From assembly GCA_000151265.1 (NCBI GenBank), contig GG663738.1, positions 401,264 to 433,263 on the forward strand: a DNA stretch of 32,000 bases, in the 5' to 3' direction. The DNA comes from Micromonas pusilla (Eukaryota). The notes beneath the pieces were generated by a model, which saw only the letters and a program-made list of their open reading frames with translations, did no database searches and was not told the origin of the DNA. This document shows positions 8,972-16,646 of the stretch, piece after piece. Within the stretch, counting starts at the first letter, position 1, and the number at the start of each line of letters is the position of its first letter. Made by a program: the position numbers and the translations under genes.

Positions 8972-11448
8972 ATGGACATCCAGAGCATGATGGACGAGGC
9001 GTCGGAGCGCGAGCGGATGATTTATGCGAAATTCAGGCTCTACGACGTGGACGGCACCGGCACTATCGACGTGGTACGCGCGCGTCCTGGCGCGCTTTCG
9101 ACGGCTCGAGCGGCGTGCCCACGCGCCCGCGACCCGGCGTCGCCGCGTTTGGGTCGACGCGCGCGGCGAGCGTCTCCGTGAGGGACGGGTCCACGTCGGA
9201 CGAATCGGACGTAATTCAATAATCCGAACCCGCCGTTCGCGGCCAAATGGTCTCTTCGCATTATCCGCCAATTTAACGCCCTCCCGCTCTCGTCCCTCCC
9301 AACAGCACGAGATCCAGGAACTCCTGAAGGAACTCCGCGTCGTCGGCGTCGCGAACGACGCGGACAGGTATCTCGTCAAGAAGCTCATGCACGAGCTCGG
9401 CAGGGACGAGGACGGCGTCATCGACTTCGAAGAATTCAAGGTGCGGAGAGCCCATTCTCTTTCCCCGCGGCGCCAACTGGACCAACTCGGGAGAAGAATC
9501 CAAAAATGAATCATCCCCGCCGCCCGCCCGCCCGCCCCGCGCTGACGCGTTACCCCCGCCCCCCCTCCCCCCGCCGCGCCCTCGCCTCGCGCGCGCGCAG
9601 ATGTTCTATAACCAAGCGCTCGATCACTCGTCGAAGCGGAAGTACACCGTGTCCCCGATCAAAGGCAAGGACGTCAAGCAGCTCTCGCCGCGGACGAACG
9701 CCGCGAGAGCCGCGGTGGCGGCGCGGTCGCGCGCGCAGAAAGACGCCGAGGCGCGGCGCCTCGGGGAGGAGAACATGGAGCGTCGGCGACGCATCGAGAT
9801 GGCGAACTCGCGCGGGCGGGACGCGAAGGCGCTGACGCCGGAGATGGAAGCCGGCAGGGCGGCGGTGGCGGCGCAGTCGCGCGCGAAGAAAAACGCCGAA
9901 GCGAGGCGTCTCGCGGAGGAGAACGCGGAGCGTCGCCGGCGGATCGAGATGGCGCGGTCGCACGGGCGGGACGCGAAAGCGCTCACGCCGGAGATGGAGG
10001 CGGGAAGAGCCGCGGTCGCGGCGCGGTCGCAGGCGATGAAGGACGCGGAGGCGCATCGTCTGGCGATGGAAAACGCGGAGAAGGCGCGAAGGATCGCCGA
10101 GGCGAGGGCGCGCGGGCGGGACGCGAAGGCGCTCACGCCGGAGATGGAGGCGGGAAGAGCCGCGGTCGCGGCGCGGTCGCGCGCGCAAAAAGAAGCGGAG
10201 GCGCGGCGCCTCGCGGAGGAGAACGCGGAGAAGGCGCAGCGCATCGCGATGGCGAACTCTCGAGGGCGAGACGCCAAGTCGCTGACGCCGGAGATGGAAG
10301 CAGCGCGGAGCGCCGTCGCCGCGCGGTCGCGCGCGGAGAAAGCGGCGGAGGCGCACAGGCTCGCCGTGGAGAACGCGGAGAAGGCGCAGCGCATCGCGAT
10401 GGCGGGCTCGCACGGGAGGGACGCGAAGGCGCTCACGCCCGAGGTGGAAGCCGCTCGACGCGCCGTCGCGGAGCGAAGCGCGGCGAGGAAGAGCTACCAG
10501 GAACAGAAGATGGCCGAGGAGAACGCGACGTTCCGTCGGCGCCTGCAGGCGCAGGTCGGGAGGGACGAGAAAGGTCTCTCGCCGGAGATTCTCGCCGCGA
10601 GGCAGGCTGTCGCGGAGCGAAGCGCCGCGCAGAAAGAGGCGGCGGAGTTGCGCATGCAGCACGAAAACGGCCAGATCCGCGCGCGTCTGTCGCAGCAACA
10701 CGGGCGAGACGTGAAGTCGCTCTCGGAGGAGACGAACGCCGCGCGGCGCGCGGTCGCGGAGCGCGTCAAAATCGAAAAGTCCCTCGCGCAGGCGAAGATC
10801 GCGGAAGAGAACGCGGCGATGCGGCAGAAGCTCGCGAACGCGTCCGGTCGTGACGCCAAGGCGCTCGGCGAGGAAACGGAAGCGTTGCGCGCCGCGGTGG
10901 AGGAGCGCCGTCTCATGGAGAAACACCTCGCCGCGGCGCGGATGATGGAAGAGAACCAGGAGATGAAACGGCGCCTCGCGGAAGCCGGGTCCAAGGGCAG
11001 AGACGCGAAAGCGCTGAGCGAGGAGACGGAGCACATGCGTCAAGCCGTCGAGCGTCGGCGTCTGCGAGACGCGGAGGCGAAAGCCGCGAAGATGCGCGCG
11101 GAGAACGCGGAGATGAAGCGTCGCATCGCGGAAGCGAGCGAGCACGGCAGGGACGAGAAAGCGCTGAGCGAGGCGACGCTCGCGGCGCGGAGAGCGATCG
11201 CGGAGCAACACGAGGCGGAGCACAACGCCGCGATGGCGAAGCTGCACGAGGAAAATCTCGATTTCGGCGCTCGACTGAGCAACGCGCACGGGAGGGACGA
11301 GAAAGGGTTGGGGCCTGAGACGCTCGCCGCGAGACGCGCGGTCGCCGCGGAGAAGGAGCGCGTGAAGCAGGCGGAGATGCGACGGCTCCACGAGGAGAAC
11401 TCGTACTTATCGCAGCGGCTCAGGGGGACGGGGCAGTATAAGCGCTGA
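8972..11448 (+). CDS. Three-exon gene: N-terminal EF-hand pair fused to 12 tandem 48-50 aa Ala/Glu/Arg-rich repeats (predicted coiled coil)
   Basis: Exons are 8972-9073, 9306-9440 and 9601-11448, all phase 0. Splicing exon 1 to exon 2 completes a canonical 12-residue EF-hand loop, DVDGTGTIDV|HE, with Glu at position 12. Exon 2 holds a second, degenerate loop (GRDEDGVIDFEE), and the exon 2/3 join reads EEFK|MFYNQAL. Donors are gtg|gtacgc and aag|gtgcgg; acceptors are ccaacag| and gcgcgcag|; a ctgac site lies at 9541-9546. Confidence 0.7.
9074..9305 (+). other. Intron 1 of the EF-hand repeat gene (232 nt)
   Basis: GT at 9074-9075 and AG at 9304-9305. It splits an EF-hand loop that is restored only after splicing. 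Confidence 0.7.
9441..9600 (+). other. Intron 2 of the EF-hand repeat gene (160 nt)
   Basis: GT at 9441-9442, AG at 9599-9600, and ctgac about 55 nt upstream of the acceptor. The tract is C-rich. Confidence 0.6.
9664..11445 (+). repeat. Coding tandem array of 12 units of 150 or 144 bp
   Basis: Unit starts (G[KR]D codons), located by hand, are 9664, 9814, 9964, 10114, 10264, 10414, 10558, 10702, 10846, 10996, 11146 and 11290. The consensus unit is GRDAKALTPEMEAGRAAVAARSRAQKDAEARRLAEENAE+.RRI.MA.S+. Units 2-6 are nearly identical at the DNA level and later units diverge. Confidence 0.9.
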
Positions 11449-11628
11449 CGCCGGAGAAAATAGCGCGGCGACGCGACGAGGAGAGAAGGACCCCGACGAC
11501 GCGATTTATTGACGACGACGCGCGCGTACAGGCGCCGTCGACGCGGGCAGTAGCGATCACACGACGGACGACTTTAACGTGTACAGCTGAAGTCGAATTA
11601 TTAATAAATTACAATCCGCCGTCGGTCG

Positions 11629-11892
11629 TCACGACGCGCGCGCCGCGGCGTGGTTGGCGTTGAACCGCCACGCGTTCGAGTGCCTCGCCCAGTACCAGTA
11701 CAACTTATTCCCCCCCGCGCCCGAAGAATCTCGGGACGACGCCCTCTTCGCTCGCGCGCTGCACACCTGGAGCTTCTGCTCCTCGCCCTCGTCGCTATTC
11801 TCCGCGCCTCTCGCGTCCGCGCCTAGCAGCGCGTTTTCATCCGTGGTCATCGCGGTGCCGAAAACGTGTTCTCCCTCCGCCGCCGCGTTCAT
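11629..11892 (-). CDS. Small hypothetical protein (87 aa)
   Basis: ATG at 11890-11892 (MNAAAEGEHVFG...) and TGA at 11629-11631. A TGTAA green-algal poly(A)-signal-like pentamer lies on this strand at 11613-11609, 16 nt after the stop. The composition is not Arg/Ala-biased. No family is recognised (C-terminus KLYWYWARHSNAWRFNANH). Confidence 0.35.
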   Translation of the reverse strand: MNAAAEGEHVFGTAMTTDENALLGADARGAENSDEGEEQKLQVCSARAKRASSRDSSGAGGNKLYWYWARHSNAWRFNANHAAARAS

Positions 11893-12082
11893 CGTGCGTG
11901 CGTGTGTCGCGCGGGGACGAATGAAATATATTTGACGCCGCGCACGGGCGCGCCTCGTCAGCTTCCAAGAAAAAGCGCGCGTGGCGGGGATTTTATTTCG
12001 AGACAGCCGCTCGTTCGAGGGTTCAGGGAGGGTCAGGTCAGTCCCCGGGGAGCGTTCGTCCGCGTCCGCTCCCGCCGCCGCG

Positions 12083-13143
12083 ATGTGGGGCTCCATGTCG
12101 TCCGCGGCGTCGGACGCCTCCGACATCGAGGCCGGGATCTCCGCGGAGGATGAGATCAAGCGCGTGTTAGGTGCGCGTCCGCGCCCGCGCGTGCCTCATC
12201 ATCATCGAACATCATCAGTCACCTCGATCGATCGAAAGGTCGCCTCGTCGAAAGAAATACCGACGCGACGACGGACGTCGCTCGTCGCGCTGACGCCTCC
12301 TCCGCCTCCATCCCCTCCTCGACAGAGTGTCAGAACAACTACTACAAGGTCCTGCGCCTCGACAAGTTGGACGCCGCCGACCGCTCGAACGCGGACGTCA
12401 AGCGAGCGTACTACAAGCTCGCGCGCGTCATACACCCCGACAAGTGCTCGCACCCGTCCGCGTCGGACGCCATGGGCGTGGCCGCGAGCGCGCACTCCAC
12501 CCTGAGCGACTCGACGCGGAGAGCGGCGTACGACTTGTACGCGTCGCAGGTCGACGTCGACGACGCGGGCGCGGAGACGTACGCGCAGTGGGAGAGCAAG
12601 GGTGGCGCGAACTGGAAGCACCTCCCGCCGTGGCTCGTCCGAGGGCTGAACCACCGATGCGTCGGACCGATCCTCAAGTTTTTCCTGCTCATCGCCGCCG
12701 TCGTCGCCGGCGCGCTCGCGCTCGCGCTCGGGATCGCGTACTTCGCGGTTCACATGACGCTGTGGGTCGCGTGCTTCGCCGGGTGCGGCGGGCGCTGCTG
12801 GCCGAGGTACGGCGAGGGGGCGAGGGCGCACGCCCGGCGGATGGAACGGTTCGGACGCGCGAGGATGGCGTGGGAGGCGGAGGCGTCCTACGCGCGCGGC
12901 CGGGGCGAGGATCCGCCGGAGTTTAGCGCGTTCGTTAGCGCGTGGATGGAGAATAATAATCCGGAGGAGGAGGAGGAGGAGGCGGATGGGGGGGAGGAGG
13001 ATGGGGGGGAGGAGAAGGGGTGGAAGAAGAAGACGGGAGGCGGAATACATTCGCCGCCCGGACCCGGAGTAGGGAGTACGAGTAAAAAGCCGCCGCCGGG
13101 GCCGAGGAGGAGCACCACGTACGGCGCGACGACGACGACATAG
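12083..13143 (+). CDS. DnaJ (J-domain) protein with a predicted transmembrane segment and an acidic/Gly-rich tail; two exons
   Basis: Exons are 12083-12170 and 12326-13143, totalling 906 nt or 302 codons. The phase-1 junction g|ag gives GAG. The spliced product reads ...EIKRVLECQNNYYKVLRLDKLDAADRSNADVKRAYYKLARVIHPDKCSHPSASDAMGVAASAHSTLSDSTRRAAYDLY, a J domain with the HPD motif. The hydrophobic stretch is ILKFFLLIAAVVAGALALALGIAYFAVHMTLWVACFAG. The intron has gtgcgc at 12171, ctgac at about 12289 and AG at 12324-12325. Confidence 0.75.
12171..12325 (+). other. Intron of the DnaJ gene (155 nt)
   Basis: The GT..AG boundaries restore the N-terminal part of the J domain (YYKVL preceded by the exon 1 sequence) in frame. 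Confidence 0.65.
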
Positions 13144-13213
13144 TGATTGATGAGTGAACTACTACTGCTAGCTAGACGATCTATCTATCCATCATCACGT
13201 ATCGGAAGTAGCC

Positions 13214-14803
13214 CTACGGGGTACGCGTACACCTATTATCTAATTCCTCGAGCTCCGCGTCGAGGCCGAGGCGCGCGAGCGCCGCGCGAAGGTCCTCCGG
13301 GTCCGGCGTCGTCGATTTTTTTTTTTTGGATCCTCCTCTCGTCTTGAAGTTCGACGTCTCCGACGACGCCCCTCCTGCCACCCACCACGGCTCCAAACCG
13401 TCGCCGCACGTTCGCCGCAACTCCGCGATCGCGTCCGTCGGCGACATCTCCGGTTCATTCCCCTCGACGAAGTACGCGTCCTTCAGCGCCTCCCCCGCGC
13501 TCGGTCGACGCTTCGGATCCAACGACAGCAACCGAAACGCCAACGCGACGCCGGCGCCGTCGTCGACGGTGCCGCCGACCGCGTCCTCCCTCGGCGCCGG
13601 CTCGCGCGGCTTCACCGCGATCTTCCCGTAGTCCGGGAGCTCGAACGCGCCGGGCCATCGATCCTCCGTGGGCGTCCCCAACAGCGTCAACGTCCGCACG
13701 AGCTGGTCGACGTCGCTGTCCCCGGGAAGCATAGGCCCGACCCGCGTGCCGAGGAGCTCGCCGAGGATGGCCCCCGCGGACCAGACGTCCACGCCGGCGT
13801 CGTACCGACGCGCGCCGTACAAAATCTCCGGCGCGCGGTACCACCGCGTCTGTATCGTGTGCGTGTACAGAGGAGCAGCGCCTCGGTGTTTTCGACGAGA
13901 AGAAGAAGGGGAAGAAGATTTTGAAGAAGAATCAGCCGCGGCGGCGGCGTCCGACTCGTCGTCGTTCGAGTCTTCGTCCGAGTCCTCCTCCATAAACCTG
14001 GCGAGTCCGAAGTCCGCGAGCTTCACGCGTCCGTCGGCGCCGATCAGCAGGTTCCCCGGCTTGACGTCGCGGTGCATCACGCGTCTGGAGTGGCACGCGT
14101 CCAACGCGAGGAGGATCTGCCGCGCGACGCTCTTCACGCACGCGACGGAGAGCGGCGAGCGGCGGCGGCGGAGGTCAAGAGACCGCGACGCTCCTCCTGG
14201 GCGGCGGCGGTATTGGTCGTCGTCGTCGTCGTGGTCTTCGTGGTCGTGCGGGAGGAGGATCGCCCCCAGGTCCCCGCCCGGGCACAGCTCCATGACGAGC
14301 GTGACCGCGCGCCCGGACGCGAAGTGATCGAGCAGCCTGACGACGTTGTTCTCACCATCACGCGAGGACTCGGATCCTGACGACGAGACGTGCTGCATCG
14401 TCTTGAGCTCGCGGAGGACGTTGTCCGGGAGGAGCCTGAGTCCTCCCTTGCGAGTCGCGGCGGCGTCTTTTGAACCAGCGAAATCGTCGTCGGAAAGACC
14501 ACCACCTGTTCTACAAACAACTCCTCCATGGACGACGACGCGCTTGAGCGCGACCGCGGCGCCGGTGGGGAGATGGCATCCCGCGTGGACCTCGCCGAAG
14601 GCGCCACCTCCGATGCGGTGGACCGGGGCGTAATGAGAAGAGCGCGATCCTCCTGACGATGAACATGCCGATGGTAACCCCCACCAGGGGACGTGCGCGG
14701 TCGTGCCGAACGCGGGCCGCGTGGAGTCCCCCTGCTCGTCGTCGGAGGAGGAGGAGGAGGACGCGGCGGCGCGTCCCTCTTCTTCCCCGCAGGGCCGCGC
14801 CAT
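13214..14803 (-). CDS. Cyclin-dependent kinase, CDK20/CCRK-like, with low-complexity insertions
   Basis: Motifs present: GGGAFGEV glycine loop, [77 protein letters not shown] and [39 protein letters not shown]. The last three blocks closely parallel human CDK20 as I recall it ([40 protein letters not shown]; ILGTPNPQVWPELTELPDYNKISFK). ATG at 14801-14803 and TAG at 13214-13216. Confidence 0.85.
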   Translation of the reverse strand: MARPCGEEEGRAAASSSSSSDDEQGDSTRPAFGTTAHVPWWGLPSACSSSGGSRSSHYAPVHRIGGGAFGEVHAGCHLPTGAAVALKRVVVHGGVVCRTGGGLSDDDFAGSKDAAATRKGGLRLLPDNVLRELKTMQHVSSSGSESSRDGENNVVRLLDHFASGRAVTLVMELCPGGDLGAILLPHDHEDHDDDDDQYRRRPGGASRSLDLRRRRSPLSVACVKSVARQILLALDACHSRRVMHRDVKPGNLLIGADGRVKLADFGLARFMEEDSDEDSNDDESDAAAAADSSSKSSSPSSSRRKHRGAAPLYTHTIQTRWYRAPEILYGARRYDAGVDVWSAGAILGELLGTRVGPMLPGDSDVDQLVRTLTLLGTPTEDRWPGAFELPDYGKIAVKPREPAPREDAVGGTVDDGAGVALAFRLLSLDPKRRPSAGEALKDAYFVEGNEPEMSPTDAIAELRRTCGDGLEPWWVAGGASSETSNFKTRGGSKKKKSTTPDPEDLRAALARLGLDAELEELDNRCTRTP

Positions 14804-14927
14804 GCGTTGTGCCGCTGCCGGGACGAGTTGTTGTTTTTAGTTGACTGTAATTATTTCACCGACGAGTCTTAGTAGACCCGCCTGCCTTTCAAAAAAACCT
14901 TTCCTCCGATCAACGGCCCTCGATGGA

Positions 14928-15297
14928 TTTTTTTTTCCAAACTTCGTTCCAAAATGTGGGCACCACCATGCATGCGACTCAAACCACCACCCCATGACCA
15001 TTAAATCTGCTCCGATCGACCTGAAAATTTGTGGAGAGGTGCGTTGGAGAAGAGGGAGGATGATGGCGTTGAAAAATATTGAAAAATATGAAAAGATGCG
15101 CGACAGGAGGATTTTTTTTTCCTGAAAAGTCCCAAAATGGGCAACTCACGCGAAAACCACCACCCCGTGACCATCCAAACTGCTCCGATCGACCTGAAAC
15201 TTTTTGGAGAGGTGCGTTGGAGAGGGAGGAGAATGATGGCGTGGAGGATGATGGCGTGGAGAGAAGGAAAAAAATGAAAAGATGCTCGACGACGGGA
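14928..15297. repeat. Two units of a ~185-bp tandem repeat abutting the 3' end of tRNA-Lys, in a locally AT-richer island
   Basis: Unit 1 is 14928-15111 and unit 2 is 15112-15297, each starting with T9 on the + strand. Shared blocks are ccaaaatg.ggc, aaaccaccacccc.tgaccat, ctgctccgatcgacctgaaa, ttggagaggtgcgttggaga, ggatgatggcg and atgaaaagatgc.cgac. Unit 2 ends in the true tRNA 3' end (gatgctcgacgacggga) and unit 1 ends in a degenerate copy (gatgcgcgacaggagga). A partial third T9 junction lies at 14928-14936. Confidence 0.8.
15268..15280 (-). terminator. RNA polymerase III terminator T-runs downstream of tRNA-Lys
   Basis: On the minus strand the trailer just after the discriminator base reads tc TTTT ca TTTTTTT. 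Confidence 0.75.
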
Positions 15298-15403
15298 TCG
15301 AACCGCCGACCACAAGGTGAATTTGTTGGATGGGCCGATAACGACCGCGATCGGCCCTAACGTTAAATAAAAGCCTTGCGCTCTACCACTGAGCTAGCCG
15401 AGC
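15283..15403 (-). tRNA. tRNA-Lys(UUU): tRNA-Lys (anticodon UUU) with a 49-nt intron at the canonical 37/38 position
   Basis: The minus strand reads GCTCGGC TA GCTC AGTGGTA GAGC G CAAGG CTTTTA [intron 15367-15319] A CCTTG TGGTC GGCGG TTCGATC CCGTC GTCGAGC A. The fold is a full cloverleaf: 7-bp acceptor stem with one G-U, 4-bp D stem, 5-bp anticodon stem and 5-bp T stem with GTTCGATC. The exon sequence GAGCGCAAGGCTTTTAACCTTGTGGTCG matches plant nuclear tRNA-Lys(UUU) as I recall it. The intron contains an 8-bp hairpin, GGGCCGAT/ATCGGCCC. Confidence 0.9.
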
Positions 15404-15915
15404 CGAGCCTTGAATGGTTTCCTTGGCCGGTCAAGGAAATCTGAGAAATATTAAGTTTATTTTCCTTGATCGCAAGGTCCCTTTGAAAAAAATCGACGAT
15501 CGACTACCGCAAGCACGCTGACCCGGGCCTTCGGTCAAAAACGCGCGTCACGGGCACGTCCGACCGTCTGACTTCGAGGTTCTGTTTTCGCAGGTGTCGT
15601 TCGACGACGCGACGTCGCGCGGGCAGATCTCAACCGCGCCGCGCGACGGACATCGCACGCACTAAACCGTTACGACTTCAAGGTGCGTATCGCCCTCGCC
15701 TTCCCCCTCCGCGCCCGCCCGCCCGCCCGACCGCGCGCGAGCGAAGCGAATAAGCGCGCGCGCGACGGCGCGCGTTTCCTCGGAAAACGCGAAACGCTTT
15801 TTTCTGTCGGGGATGAGATCCGCGATCGAGCGCGCGCGACGTCGTCGCCGACCGACGCCGCGCGCGCGGATACTTACCCTGTGCTTCTCGTCCCCGGTCC
15901 TTCTCGTCCCCGCAG

Positions 15916-16431
15916 ATGTCTGCAGATGCCGCGTCGACCTCGAACCAACGCGGGGGGACGAAAGGGAAGAGAGAACCGAACAACGTCGTGCAGGTGACCG
16001 ACGGCGACGACGACGCGACGACTGTCAAGTTCGAGGCGTTGAAGCGTCGCGTCGTCGGGATCATGGGCGTGGAGGCCGTCAAGCGGGAGAACGAAGACGG
16101 CGGGGTTTTCGAGGCGTGGTTCCAAGGGCGGTGCTTGGGTACATCCGCAGGTGCGACCGACGAAGACCTGTGGTGGGCGATCGACCTGCGCGACGAAGCC
16201 GTGCGCCGATGGACAACTTTTGTGAGTTGTCTCAATTGTGATCGAAATTGGAAATGTTGAGACCCAAACAAAATACGAACAAACTTATATCGAGATGGTT
16301 TGCAGGACAGAAGAATAATACCCCGTGAACCGTCCGAAGGTCGAAGGTCGTCGGCGATCTCATCCACCGCGACACCTTCGCCGCGATCGGCGTTCCGTGC
16401 GGCGGCGGCGGCGACGAAGAGGAAGCGGTGA
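15916..16431 (+). CDS. Hypothetical protein, two exons (143 aa)
   Basis: Exons are 15916-16221 and 16306-16431, phase 0. The 84-nt AT-rich intron has a GTGAGT donor at 16222 and a tttgcag acceptor ending at 16305. The protein has mixed composition (VKFEALKRRVVGIMGVEAVKRENEDGGVFEAWFQGRCLGTSAGATDEDLWWAIDLRDEAVRRWTTF|DRRIIPREP...KRKR). No family is confidently recognised; the resemblance to an AP2-like beta-sheet/helix region is faint and unverified. Confidence 0.45.
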
Positions 16432-16536
16432 TGAGAGGTAGCCCTAAAAAAAGCTCCCGGGGAGGGACGCGGCGGCGGCGGCGGCGGCGGCGGCGGCGTG
16501 AAAAGAAAGTCGAATTGCATGTAGTTTTTCTACTCA

Positions 16537-16601
16537 CCGGGCTCGTCGCGCGCTCGATCGGGCTCATCACGTCTCTCTCAGGTTTCTTCAGTCCTCCCTC
16601 G
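16537..16601 (-). repeat. Shared ~60-65 nt module, copy 1, lying 46-110 nt downstream of the ankyrin gene stop
   Basis: A 30-nt core ccgggctcgtcgcgcgctcgatcgggctca (16537-16566) is identical to 18175-18204. The flanks ctctcagg and tcagtcctccctcg are also shared. On the minus strand it reads EGGLKKPERDVMSPIERATSP and is followed directly by GTGAGT. Confidence 0.8.
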
Positions 16602-16642
16602 GGTACTTCGCCTCGGGTACTTTCTCCCGCGGGTACTTCGCC
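16601..16642. repeat. Three copies of GGGTACTT(C/T)(G/C)CC spaced 14-16 nt apart, just 3' of the ankyrin stop
   Basis: Direct reading: gggtacttcgcc tc gggtactttctcc cgc gggtacttcgcc. Confidence 0.8.
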
Positions 16643-16646
16643 TCCT

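Noticed and set aside
9550-11391. 613-aa ORF antisense to the EF-hand repeat gene
   Set aside because: It consists of Arg/Leu/Pro-rich monotony produced by reading a GC-rich, stop-poor tandem repeat backwards. The + strand gives a splice-validated EF-hand protein with a coherent repeat consensus.
9664-11445. The regular 150-bp periodicity could superficially suggest a CRISPR-like or satellite array
   Set aside because: There is no repeat-spacer alternation, because the whole unit is conserved. The period is a multiple of 3, one frame stays open throughout, and the locus is eukaryotic. It is a coding repeat.
15040-15130. Box C/D snoRNA inside the tandem repeat (AUGAUGG about 60 nt upstream of CUGA on the + strand), by analogy with plant tRNA-snoRNA dicistrons
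   Set aside because: Box C is imperfect, I find no terminal stem flanking the boxes, a T9 run lies between them, and the orientation is opposite to the tRNA. The idea is not supportable from sequence alone.
14841-15360. Small ORFs (94, 104 and 93 aa) across the tandem repeat and the tRNA
   Set aside because: They are duplicated by the ~185-bp repeat, run through the tRNA gene and Pol III terminator, and have no start context or motif.
15678-16520. 280-aa minus-strand ORF opposite the 15916-16431 gene
   Set aside because: It is poly-Pro/Ser/Arg-rich and lacks splice support. The + strand model has balanced composition and a clean GTGAGT...AG intron. The call is still uncertain without expression data.
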